Assembly: GCF_001194135.2 (NCBI RefSeq)
Contig: NC_068998.1
Coordinates: 49,074,543 to 49,138,542 of the forward strand
Reading direction: 5' to 3'
DNA: 64,000 nt
DNA from: Octopus bimaculoides
Taxonomy: Eukaryota
Below are positions 51,481-64,000 of this stretch, piece after piece; positions within the stretch are counted from its first letter, which is position 1, and each line of letters opens with the position of its first letter. The position numbers were made by a program, and so were the translations under genes. Under the pieces are notes generated by a model, which worked only from the letters and a program-made list of their open reading frames with translations, did not search any database and was not told the DNA's origin.

Positions 51481-52722
51481 AGTCAGTTACGAAAGGCTAT
51501 CAAAACTACACGGCCACGAGTGGTCTTCATAGACTTTCACAACTGCCTCAATATGCAAAAACACTTGGCTTGATACCAATGTGGCAGTGATGATGACAAC
51601 ATGTCTGCGGTTGATGAGATTTTTGAAAGTATCTTTACCAATGGAATCCAAGCACTGCAACAATAATAGAAGTATGCAGACCGCAGGTAACACTGTGCTG
51701 GAAATGAACTTTATTTGGTCGCATTCTATGGAAATACTTTGGTCCGTCTGTGAACTTTTCAGTTGATATCGTAAATTGGTTGTGCCATGACGCTATAATA
51801 TTTCGTGACAGATTCCATTTTTCTAACAGAAGAAAGAAAATATATCAAGAGAAATGTTCTTTGCGGCACTCTACTATCTTTGAATATGTTCTATTTGATG
51901 CACGGAATATTGCTCAGTATAATACAGAAGTGCTAAAGAAACTATGTGGTGTAACCTAATGCATTACATTAATGAACAAATAAATAACGATAATCTTGAA
52001 GCGTTCGTTGCATAATATGAAGAACAAATCCACTGTATTCATCTTTTTGTATTAAATTTTACACCGTCTTACATCACAGCATTTGCTGCTTCATACATTG
52101 GTTTTACGGAGAAATAATATCACTTATGTGGTTGTTGTGTTGCTTGTTATCTTGGTTAAATAGATTTTGAATGTCACCGGTCGTAGTCCCGAGCACGCTG
52201 TTAGCCAAATATGCGCTGGACTACTACAGAATTGATTGCCAAGATCAGTGAGGTCTCCAATATTTAACATGCATACACACGTACGTAAATACATAGTTCC
52301 ATACATACATGCATGCATATATACACACATAAACACACATACGTATATACATTATAAGAACTATGTTATTAATATTATTGTCTTTGTAAATGTTAAGCGA
52401 TGTTGTATTATTAATGGAGTCAATCATCGATTGCATAATAATAAATGCTGTCAGAATAACAATCCCAAGACGCTTCCATGATGGTCGATGAAATTTCTCA
52501 TCATTCATATGTAAATATATGCACCAAAGTGACATCATCCAAGCGATTTATTCAATTTCATAATCTCCTACTCTAAGAAGTGCGAAAAGATTTAAATTGT
52601 CTAAATTCTAGATTTAGGAATTGCATTTCATTGAGGATCTGTAAAAAATGCTCAAGTGATTATGACTAATATGAAAAACTCGGGTATGCAATAGCTCAGC
52701 CAAAACTTGTAGAAGATAAAAA

Positions 52723-52770
<48 letters not shown>

Positions 52771-53396
52771 AGATAGAGAGACAGATGAAGATATAAATAT
52801 GCGTGTATATGTGATAATATAACACCATAAAATAGATTGATAATTCAGTCGTCTTTTCGTGGAGCATGTATGTATTAGGTTTTACAAGGAATAGTTAGTC
52901 TCTCAGCATTATCAATGTTGATGTTGATTAAAAATTGCATTTCAGTAACGATAACTCTGACTACTCCGATGTTTCGGTTTAATAGCAGCGAATCGGCTGC
53001 GGTGTACATTCTAGTTTGAGACTTTGTGTTGTTTTCGCTAGGATGTTCTTATGATAGGTGGATGATTATGAATAAGAATTAAGCGTGGTGAAGGTAGACA
53101 CGAAGATTTGATGTGTAGAAATGGTTATAGAGAAGGACTGGAGGAAATTTTGCAACTGTTACATTTGTGTGGAAATTAAGAGTGTCGATGGAGACTGTTT
53201 TTCTGATGTCATAGAAAATGTGTATGACATGAGTGTGCGCGCGCGTGTGTACTTGCATTGCTACTGGCTATGGCGTCAAATCATGTTCATACAATCATGT
53301 TTTATATACCTGACACATGCCAGGCGTTTGTTTATGTTTCAGGTTGCTCCTTTATGTTCAGCTGAAAATGGGTGCCAACAGCGTGGTGCAGTGCTT

Positions 53397-53398
<2 letters not shown>

Positions 53399-53448
<50 letters not shown>
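53399..53448. repeat. (TC)25 microsatellite in a CpG/GC-enriched segment
   Basis: Read directly. Confidence 0.95.
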
Positions 53449-53450
<2 letters not shown>

Positions 53451-53642
53451 GCTATCGCATGCTGGACTGTTGCTGGCTTAAGTGTGGAACGCTGCAAAGG
53501 TATCTGTGTCTGCTTGCGACTGCATAGACAACAGAAACAAGTGGCAAATAAGTGGCAAAAATTATCAGACCACACTCGCTTGCTAGTGTCAGCTATTCTA
53601 ATATACAGATACGCATACATACATACATACATTATACATACA

Positions 53643-53726
<84 letters not shown>

Positions 53727-54455
53727 CCCATATACACACACACATATATATATGCCTATATATTCACACATATACATACACAAATATATACTTACATATA
53801 AAGATGTATTTGAGTGGGTGAGCGCGAGCGTATACGCGTGTGTTTGTCTGTGTGTATTGATACATAGATCCTGTAATATCACAGTATCGATAATAAAGCT
53901 TTTCTCGTAACTAACACGTTTTAAATAAGAACACGCTTAAGGTTAGTTATAGCAGTTTGTATGGGATTCCATCTCAAGTATACTTGGAGAATCAAAATAG
54001 CATATAGAGAAACACTTGACACAAATAGTCTGGTTCAATTGCCACAACACCGTATTCTACTAAAGTGCAAATAAATGTCTTGCGAAGGTAGATGCCTACT
54101 GAGCACAAGGAAATTAAACAGAATTGGAAAAGTACATTAACATTGTACCAATACGATTGTATTACATAGTTTCAAGTCTTGCCATGTTTTCGATAATATG
54201 AAAAATAGAAATGCATTTTTACCTGCTGTATTTGTTAATGTTTGGAATGGTTTTCTTAGTCGTAATATTTATTCGAAGTCTTAATATATATATTGCATTA
54301 TGTATGTTCTGTTTTGTTTCCCAATATTGAAAATGTTTAGTTATACTGAGATGTTGCATATGAAAGCATATTTCGGTATATTTGCATATGGACGTATTTA
54401 TAGTTATGTATCATTGCGAATTCTAAATATTTATTTTGCATACGTTTTTACATAC

Positions 54456-54534
<79 letters not shown>

Positions 54535-54656
54535 TGTGTGTGCGTGTTTATTTACATAGACACCAATATGTGCATAGGTTGTTCTTTTTGTATGTATGCA
54601 AATGCATGCAGAAACGCTCGCTTATATACATGCGCTTTCATAATATGCATATATAT

Positions 54657-54687
<31 letters not shown>

Positions 54688-54694
54688 CATACAT

Positions 54695-54725
<31 letters not shown>

Positions 54726-54772
54726 CACGCACACACACACATATATATCTATATATGTCTGTTTTTATGCGT

Positions 54773-54779
<7 letters not shown>

Positions 54780-54843
<64 letters not shown>
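54780..54843. repeat. Long perfect (AT)n within a 54450-55060 microsatellite cluster
   Basis: Read directly. Confidence 0.95.
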
Positions 54844-54854
<11 letters not shown>

Positions 54855-55358
54855 TTATATATACATACATATATATACATATATACATGCACATGTATTT
54901 AGATATATGTATGTGTGCGTATATGTATATATGAATACATAGATGTGCGTATATAAGTATATATATTCACTCCCACTCATACACACAGATGAACACTCAC
55001 ACACGCACATACATGTACATACATACAAACACAGACAACCACACACACACACATGCATAATTGATAATGCGTAGTGCTGACCTGTTACAATTGAAAAAAA
55101 ATATCACCGGTTTACATTCTTAACTGTTTCCTATAAATATTTATCTCAATAAATCTCTCCTTAATTTTGTTAACTTCGCACATTTAGCATTTTTGCTTCC
55201 ATCTGATTGAAATCAGCTGCCAGTTCGTACACACACACATCTCTAATGTTAGCAATAAAATTTTCGATATATCCAAATCGTTACTCAAAAATATATATTT
55301 TTCTTCAATTACTTTAAATGATGATATTTTCAAATAACTTTCTTTCAACGAAGATATA

Positions 55359-55436
55359 CGTATGTTGGTGACAATCCGTATGTTGGTGACAATCCGTATG
55401 TTGGTGACAATCCGTATGTTGGTGACAATCCGTATG
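55359..55436. repeat. Perfect 18-bp minisatellite (CGTATGTTGGTGACAATC) x4.3
   Basis: Four identical units. The minus frame gives (IRIVTN)n. Confidence 0.97.
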
Positions 55437-58400
55437 AAATACAACAAGCGTTTTGTATAATATATAAATTAACATAGAAATATTATTTTATGATAATATT
55501 ATATAAACAGCTATATACAAAAATATTTTGCTGTAATTGACGCATATTTTTACTAAGTGCTTTATGTAGTCTTGAGTAGACAAAGACATCGTTCTGGTCT
55601 CCGTTGAGGGTATGAATCATGGAGGAATGTGAATGATGGAGAATCATGTCTGAACCAGTTATAAACTCGTCCAAATTTTCATAAAACTAGTTTAGAGCAA
55701 CGGCATATGGTGTCTCGTTCAATGACAAAACGCTGCATTCAACGCAGATAGGAAACACTCTAATCACAAGGTCACAAACCCTCAACATAAATGACAAAAC
55801 AAATTACGATGTTATGACTTTAATTTTTAGTAACCGTATTGCTTGTGATACTAGAAGGACAAAGAGGTAACATGTACGCTGTAGATTATTTTCTTCTTAT
55901 GCCTTGCATTCACGAAACAGGAAGTGAATCTCTCATAGTTAAATCCCATAATCCTATAAACGAAGTGAAAAATAGTCAGATTAATTCTTAATACAATGGG
56001 TTTCATTTAAACCACAGACTGGGACGGTAACCACCATAGGTTTTCTCCATCAGGACTGAACGAGATATAAGCAAAACCTACAACAAAAAATATACACGAA
56101 ACAACAACAACATGTTGCCTTAGAAAGGATTTGAACACACATATATGCTTAACGAGAATTCGCTTTTATTTTCAAACTAAACATTTTATCATATAATTTA
56201 TTTTGTTTAACCTACAACCCGCAGCATACATTGTTTGTACATTTATGTAAGCTTGATACTATGTAAATGTGTGTGTGTATATGAGACGATATTTCGGCTT
56301 AGCTGAAAATATATATCTTTAATGTCTGAAAGAAATACTTCTTAATCGAAATCCATTTTGACTTGCTGCTAATACTTTCTTATCACATTCCTTTCGTGAT
56401 CTCAATGAGTGTTTTAAGCATCTTTTTAAAACATTATCGATTATTCAGTAATATCGATATACCAAAAAAGGCCAGTTGGTGCTGCGCTTTCAAAGCTTCC
56501 TGTATGGGATGCTATTTTCCTCTTCGCAAATATTAAGTGCTTTTTCAATATATTGCCGTAAGCGTAATAGCCAAATCTATTGGAAAGAAAAAGGTTAATA
56601 AATTTAAGTTTCTCTGTAAATGATAAAATTGTAATGAAAAGAATCATATATTTATATAAAAGTTGTTTGGCTGTTTGTTTACGTCTTCGTTTGTTTCTTT
56701 TTATTGTTCGTTTGTACGAGTAAAGTTGTTTGCTTCTAAGAAATGCAGACATTTTCAAGAATGTAGCTATTGTTGAATCTTATAAATAACTCTATTTTCT
56801 ATTTGTGCAAGGAATTACTGCTGCTAATAAGAAAGAAAAGATCCATAATAGACCAACCAACACGATTAACGGCGAATCAGATTCTGTGGAGAACTTTGAT
56901 TGGTTTTGGTTTTGAGAGACACAGAAAATAAAAAAGAAAAAGGGAGAGTGAAAGAGAAACAAAGTAGTTTAACTGCTGCTGCTGCTGCAGCAGCGATCGA
57001 AGGTAATAATTCTTGCATTCAATGGTGGCACTCTGCTATGTGTAATGGGTATGACAGAGTCATTAGTTCAACAACAGCTGATGTTATGACATACAATTGA
57101 AAAGTGGTAATCGTAGAAACAATTTGATACTACTACTACTACTACTACCACTACTACTACTATTTTTAGTTGGTGTACAGATTTCTTGGTGCATCGGACA
57201 AATGGGCTCGTGGTCTCTCTTACGGGTCAATATGCTCCCAGTTCAATTCCTGATGGTTTAGCTACGTCTTTCATCTTTTCAGGGTCAATAGTGTACTGGA
57301 CAGGTCCTTTGATTATTGCATTCTACTTACGACTTTCTAAATTATTTTGCATAATTTCGTAACCTTTGTTCTATATTATATTTCCAGATGTCGGCTTTCA
57401 ATCTGGTTGTCTATGTCTAGTTTTGGATGCCCCTTCTTATTATTTCTGTATGTGACAGCCTGGTCTTTCTTGTTTCGGTTTGTTTGTTTTATATTTAGTT
57501 TATTTACTTACTTGCCACCGAAAAAAAATATATCTCTTAATTTTTTTCTATAAACTACGAGGTTGTTTTCACAGTCTGCTATACATGATATTTCTGATAC
57601 CGTGAATTTACGGGTACCCGTTTACAAGTTACTTCTTTATATCAGAGTATTGTGGTTTACGATAAAATATTTTAGCTGCGGTTGTTTTGTCTTTGGATTT
57701 ATCTTTCTTTTATCATTTATACTTTATTGGCTTCAGCTAGAGGCTGAAACAATGCAATCTAGAGTTTCGGCGTAGTTGTGTCTCTCTTCTGTATTAGTTC
57801 TGGTGAAGTAGCGAGTTGGATGGAGGTGTCCTTTATATCTCCTACCATGATGTATATATCTTTGCCTAACATATTTTCGAATTCAACAAACTGTGTACAA
57901 TAAAATACTGAGATAAGTTTTCATTTTCTCTCATACAATATCCAGCTCCAAAATATGTTCCTGTAGCAATCTTAGAAATCTGTATTGTTACGAAAAAATG
58001 AAATTACTTTCAATTGTATAAAATTCATGAATAATTATCATCTAACACATATATACAATCCACAATTGTGGTAATTCTCGCTATTCTTTCCCAAAGAAAT
58101 TCCATATACAATTAGAAATAAATATGCTCAGCCTAAAGGAAATTTAATTAGATCTTCAGAAATAATATTTATTTAGAAGCGCACATAATTTCATAATGGA
58201 ACGTATGTTTTCAGCTGGAAAACGTATACAATGAACTAAAATTAATTCTTCTTGTATGAAAGAAAATTACATATGTGAGTAAAATGTTATATTTCTACAC
58301 TACTAATTTACTAGTATATAACTGCCTGTCATTCTCACTCTATTGAAAGCAAACATATCAGAATATCTGTTTATAAGCATATTTTTTTTATATTGCTTAA

Positions 58401-59488
58401 TAATTTTCTGTCATTAAATTCTTTCCATAAAGACGGAACGTGTCTCCAAACAAGAGGCAATGGCCTCATCTCGGAATATAGCTAAAAACAATCATACAAA
58501 GTATCATCAAAAACGTCAGAATCATCGTATTGCATATTTTCATTATTCATAAGAAAATGAATTTTGCAGTATAGAATTTATACGGTCAGTTTCTTGTTTT
58601 AAAAGCCCAGACGTTTCAGATAAGTAATTAAGCTCTTAAATAGTAGAGATAAATTAATGAAACGGTATAGTACCAATGTAAATGTATACCCCAAGTAGCA
58701 CAATGGTACACCTGAAGATGGGTAGCTTTAAAACACACTTTCGTTTTAGAAATTTTTCAGAAAATTCTTTATGTTCACTGAAAGGATGAATCCAAGATTA
58801 CATAGCTTTTCCGTTTGCTTATCAGCGCAGTGTAAAAGAACAGAAAACAACGTGGTCGCGAAGCGGTCTTCTTAACAACGACGTTTTGTCAAAGGGCCGC
58901 ATAACATCAATTACAGAGAACTCTATCAATAACAGTTACGTTATAGGCTGGTGAAATATTATCATTGAGTTCCTTTTCTTCAATTTCCTAGTCTCTTAAT
59001 AAGCCATTTGTTCTTGCTGCCCTTGCCTGGTCAACTAACAATTGCACATCTATTTTGAAGAATCCTAATTCAGCCCCCTGTATATAACATCCCTTATTAC
59101 ACAGACACAGTCACACACACACGGACTCAGTCAGACACACTCATATACAGACATGCATATTAAGAACACATAAACGAGTTGCACATACAATTTAAATAGG
59201 GTACTTAAGTTTATTTACAAACTGTGTATGAATTTCCCTCGTCAGTTTGCTAAAAGAATCAAATTTTTGCAGCCAGCTGCATTATCCGAAACAGCTGTAA
59301 AGATGAAACTAAAATATGTCGTGTAAACAATATGAGTCTTTTGATGTAAATACATTCCTTAATTCTGATTTTCATTTGTCTTTTCCACTCGACTAAGAGT
59401 GGATGTTCTCGCAATCGGCATTCTACCTCATCATTACCGATCCCTGGTGAAGAATTCGAATCTTAACTTTCGGATTTTTCTGACTCAT

Positions 59489-59519
<31 letters not shown>

Positions 59520-59966
59520 CACGCACACACACATGTCTGTATATATGTATGCGTATGAGTTTCTAGGTTTGTGTGTGTACGTGCAAGTGTGTTTGTGTGA
59601 CGGTGTATACACAAAACAAATCATTGCAGGAGAGTATCATAGCTTTTTCTCTCCCCAGACACAATAACATATATTTGTAATATTTCAGACAGATTTCGTT
59701 AACAAACTATGGTTAAGAGCATTATTATTTATAGAGTGTAAATTACAAAATTCAAATTTACTTTTCATCTTCAGAAACAAGTAATTTTAATGATTAATAT
59801 CACGTTCAGTTTTAGATTAGTGATTGTGTTGCCACAAATAACGTGTATATATGCGCATGTGTGTGTATGTATTTATATATGCATCTATACATACTACACT
59901 TAATGCTTTTGTGTGTCTGTATGCGTGTGTGGATGGGTGTGGGTGTCTGTATGTGTGTGAGTATGT

Positions 59967-60308
59967 GAAGGCGCATAGTTCAGTGGTTAGAGCGGTGGGC
60001 TCACAATCCTGAAGTAGTGTGTTTGTTTCCCTTACCAGACTGTGTGTTGTGTTCTGGAGCAAGGCAATGTATTTCACGTTGCTCCGGTTCATTGAACAGT
60101 AGAAATGAGTTGCGACGTCACTGGCGCCATGCTGTATCGGTCTTTGCCTTTCCCTTGGAGGAGCATCGGTGACATGGAGTGGAGAGGCTGTTATGCATGG
60201 GTGACTGCTGGTCTTCCACAAACAACCCTTCCGCGATTTGTGCCTCAGAGAGGGAACTTTATGAATGCAATGTCATGGTCATTCATGACCGAAGGGGTTC
60301 TTTACTCT
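59967..60308 (+). mobile_element. SINE family D, full length, tRNA-derived head
   Basis: gaaggcgcatagttcagtggttagagcg contains an A-box, followed by a degraded B-box and a CORE-like gtgttctggagcaaggc...atttcacgttgctcc. The GC-rich body ends gaccgaaggggttcttt. Confidence 0.75.
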
Positions 60309-61897
60309 GTACACATAAAAGTCAAGGTAGAAAATACCCCCACAAAAAGCGCTAGTTCATTATATAAGGATGTTATATAACGGCTTCAGTTTCATTAAAT
60401 TTTCATCTACAAGAAAAGCAATTAGTTCAGTGATCAAGAGCGTTGATAAAAACAGAATAGAGCAATATTTTAGTAAACGATCGCAAAAATACAAAGGAAA
60501 CAACAACGGAAGCTAGAAATTCACAAGCCATCTCTGTTAACAATATCTCATTACAAAAGTAATTTTATTTCAGATAAAACAAAATAATCAGTTGTAAATG
60601 AGGTGAGAATTATTCTCTTTTCTATAACGTAGAGTTAACGGCATAAATTTACAGCCTTTGTATCAACGCTAAGTAAAAATAAACAACACTGAAAAACAGG
60701 GTTGAGTACTATTTCAGGGATAAGACCTAATGTAAGAAATACAACAGACGATGTTGTTGATATCTTAGTGATGGGCAGAATTTATTCAAATCATCAACAA
60801 CTTACAAGCTGGTTGTAATAATAACTATTAAAGTGAATATGCAATCACACATGATTTACAGTAAGAAGTTAAAGGAATGTTGCGGTGTTCGCGTGTGCTC
60901 CTTATATATTTAGTTGACAAAAAGTCCGTTCGGTTTTTGTCGACTCTAGACTTAAAATACGGCTTGCAGATAAGCAACAGAGAAAAAAGCTCGATGTGCT
61001 TTTGAAACCGGACATCACTGAAATGCTAGATAAAAAAAAAAAAAAAATTAACACATACACCTTACTTCTTGTTACATCATAAACAAACATGTTCATGTAT
61101 GATATTGATCTTTCTTCTACTTCAGTTATTACATAGTTTTCCATCCCCAAAATACAGACATACAGGAGGAGTAAATTATACGTATGATAATACATTCAAT
61201 GTGGCTCCCGATAAACAGTAAAAAGTAATTTACCCGATCAACGACGGAATTTACTGGTAGTATACATACATACATACATACATACATGCATACATACATA
61301 CATACGTACATATATNNNNNNNNNNNNNNTATATATATATATATTTATATATTTATGTATGTTTAAATATATATACGCACATATACCTATTTATATATGT
61401 GTGTGTGTATGCGTGTGTGAATCTGCGTCTGTAACACGGTTTTCTGCACGTGTGAGTGTGTGTGTGAGCATGAATTTCTTGGAGACTTTATACGCTTGTG
61501 GCTATACATAGGCAAAAATGCGTGTTTCATTATATGATAATAATTCCCACGCATACCTACAATCGTAATCGCTTACAATTTTGTGTGTTTGTATGTTGCT
61601 GTGATCCCTTTGTACGGATGATCAATAGTAGAATCTGTATTCCTTGGGAATAATTGGAAGCAACAATGTAGGAAGGATATTGCAGCACCAAACAAATAAT
61701 GGAATTTCTCTATGAAATATCTACAAGCTAATTCGAAACACTAGTGTGGGCGATAATTTGCTTCATTATATTCATCCTATTGAAAATGTTGACAGGTGAT
61801 AGATTTAGCATGCTGTGTCGCAATTTATACCTATTTACAAGTATTGGAAGAGGGAGATTAGCGAGAAACCAATTTAAGGACGCAGAAGAAATAATAT

Positions 61898-61898
61898 G

Positions 61899-61983
<85 letters not shown>
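61898..61983. repeat. Perfect (ATCT)n tetranucleotide microsatellite
   Basis: About 21 units. Confidence 0.97.
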
Positions 61984-61984
<1 letters not shown>

Positions 61985-62104
61985 GTGTGTGTGTGTGTGT
62001 TTGTGTGTGTGCGTGTGTGTTCATATATGTATATATATTTATGCAAGTATATATGTATATATATATATATATATATATAAATACATGCACATACCTGTAT
62101 GTTC

Positions 62105-62167
<63 letters not shown>

Positions 62168-63470
62168 GTATGTGTGTATATGTGTCTGTATGTGTATGTA
62201 TTATATATATGTGTGTATGTGTGCATATATATAGTACATACACACACCACATACGCACACTCACATGTGCACACACATATCCACGTATACATATATATTG
62301 TAAATGTTGCTACGATGTTTTACACATAATATTTTTGCATTCTTCAATAAAACCTCTCCGAGAGAGAATTCATCTCTGTTTGTTCCGATATTTTATCCAA
62401 TCACGTCACATTTCTCAACAGAAACGTATGTGGTCTACAATTAATGTTAGAAATCATTACCTCTGTGGGTGAACGATGAGTGATGCTATTAATTTGACAT
62501 TAAGGTCTTGCTGTACTTCGACGTTGTGCGCTGCAACGAGTGTTTACTTCTCGTACCGTTATATCGCGGTCACTGAATTGTTAATACAACCACCCCTACA
62601 CACACGCACGCACACACACACACACAAACACTCATACACACACACAAATCCAATTCCATTTGAAAGAGATGAATTGTCTTTTGTTTTTCCGTTGCTCTAA
62701 TACACTTCTTTCTTCTCACTTTGAGATTCTATCCCCCATTTAAATCATTGTCTCCCAGGTTTTTTCCTCTCTTTTTGTCTCTTACGATTTCTATATCAAT
62801 CATATGTAGCATCAATCTCTTTCAAAACTCATATCATTCTTTACTTTGTATCCTCAAGGACAAAGAGAACAAAATAATAATATCTACTGTCTCTCTCTCA
62901 AACTAGGAAATTTCCTCCTAACTCCATATAACCCAAAGAAATGTTAAACATTACAGGTTAAACCGCTTATCTGCCATGCGATAGAACAGAAAAAAAAACA
63001 GCATCGTAGAATAAATCAATATTTATATCCTGGTTACAAAACCTCTCACTATTTCTGTCAAATATACATGTTGCAAATGCAACCTGCATGTACTGCGTTT
63101 TTTCCAAACTTATGAGAACAACGATAGTGTAAACGACATGTCTGAAAATAAGATGTATATACAAAGCAAATACCAGATGTAATTTAGATATTTTTGTAGT
63201 TTTAGAAAATAAAATATCAAGATATTAAATATCAAGATATTAAATATTCGAAACTTTAATATTTATTGTCTTTTGTAGTTGATTTTCCATACACGCATGG
63301 GTGTAAGTTTAAACGTCAATGTTTTCTGATTATATTCTGTAATGCTGAGTAAAGTTAGATGTTACTTTTGTTTCTCTGGCGATATAAAATTCTGTATCAT
63401 AGAACTAATTTCACTCTCCGTAAAATGTGTGTGTGGTTTGTCAGATAAACAACCTTAAATACTGCTCGAA

Positions 63471-63514
<44 letters not shown>

Positions 63515-64000
63515 TATAAACATCTAAGTAATTGTACTCTGTCATTGGGATGAAATCGAATACATTGTGTCCTTATAAGAGGCAGATATCTATTTTATAA
63601 CGATTAAAATACAGAAAGATAACTATATGAGGATTTGTAATTAGAACGTTGATCCTCCGTCAATACAATGTGCTCAGTGCTACATCGATTCGGTCAGCTA
63701 CCATGCCTGTAACTTGTTAAAATATACGGCTGACCTACTTAAAAATGCTATTGGATTTTGCTGTAGATAACATTTGATACAATGTAACACGCTACTTGCC
63801 AAGAAATTCTTCCATAAAGCTGAGAAGTAGCAAAATCATTTCTTACTTCTCAGATGAAATGGCCATTCAATATTTCATCTTAATTTTGAATTTGAAACAG
63901 ATACGTATGTTCTGTTGAATTACTGGGTAAATGTTCAAATCGATAACTGAAAATTTATAACTATACTCCTGCAATAAGTATATTTAGCTATTGTAGTATT

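Noticed and set aside
51635-51715. Minus-strand signal-peptide-like stretch VLPAVCILLLLLQCLDSI with a G|gtaaag donor
   Set aside because: All three frames are open in a 59-nt window, there is no ATG-bearing partner exon, and it cannot be distinguished from chance.
49764-52952. Exact 17-mer tgcatttcagtaacgat at 49764 and 52936
   Set aside because: A single 17-mer match in about 50 kb of AT-rich DNA is near chance expectation, and the flanks do not extend.
48320-58760. CTGATGA/CTGAAGA cores (48325, 49855, 58712) as possible Penelope-type hammerhead ribozymes
   Set aside because: No stem II hairpin, GAAA and stem III arrangement could be built.
60950-61047. LKIRLADKQQRKKLDVLLKPDITEMLDK ending in A16, as an exon or retro-fragment
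   Set aside because: No donor site, no polyA signal or TSD, and the peptide is unrecognised.

Overview
This is AT-rich eukaryotic (animal) DNA from a gapped short-read assembly: 14 N-gaps totalling about 5.9 kb, almost all bounded by microsatellites. It is saturated with di-, tri- and tetranucleotide microsatellites and decayed transposable elements. These comprise four tRNA-headed SINE families (window-local labels A-D), several Tc1/mariner transposase relics, a TA-flanked mariner-type MITE, and fragments of RTE, L2/CR1 and possibly L1/Tx1 LINEs. The repeat landscape and SINE types suggest an octopus-like cephalopod genome (inference, not verified). Most ORFs in the supplied track are artefacts of microsatellites or N-runs. 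I recognised no protein-coding gene, RNA gene, CRISPR array or prokaryotic system. A few splice-site-bounded exon candidates are reported at low to moderate confidence. The best-supported oddities are structural: a fold-back mariner joined through a CAAAGTT microhomology (12.9-13.5 kb), a SINE-in-SINE insertion with a 6-bp target-site duplication and a different 3' tail (35.4-35.8 kb), and a cryptic 28-29-bp decayed tandem array (1.0-1.5 kb). The sequence does not support a claim of a new biological system.
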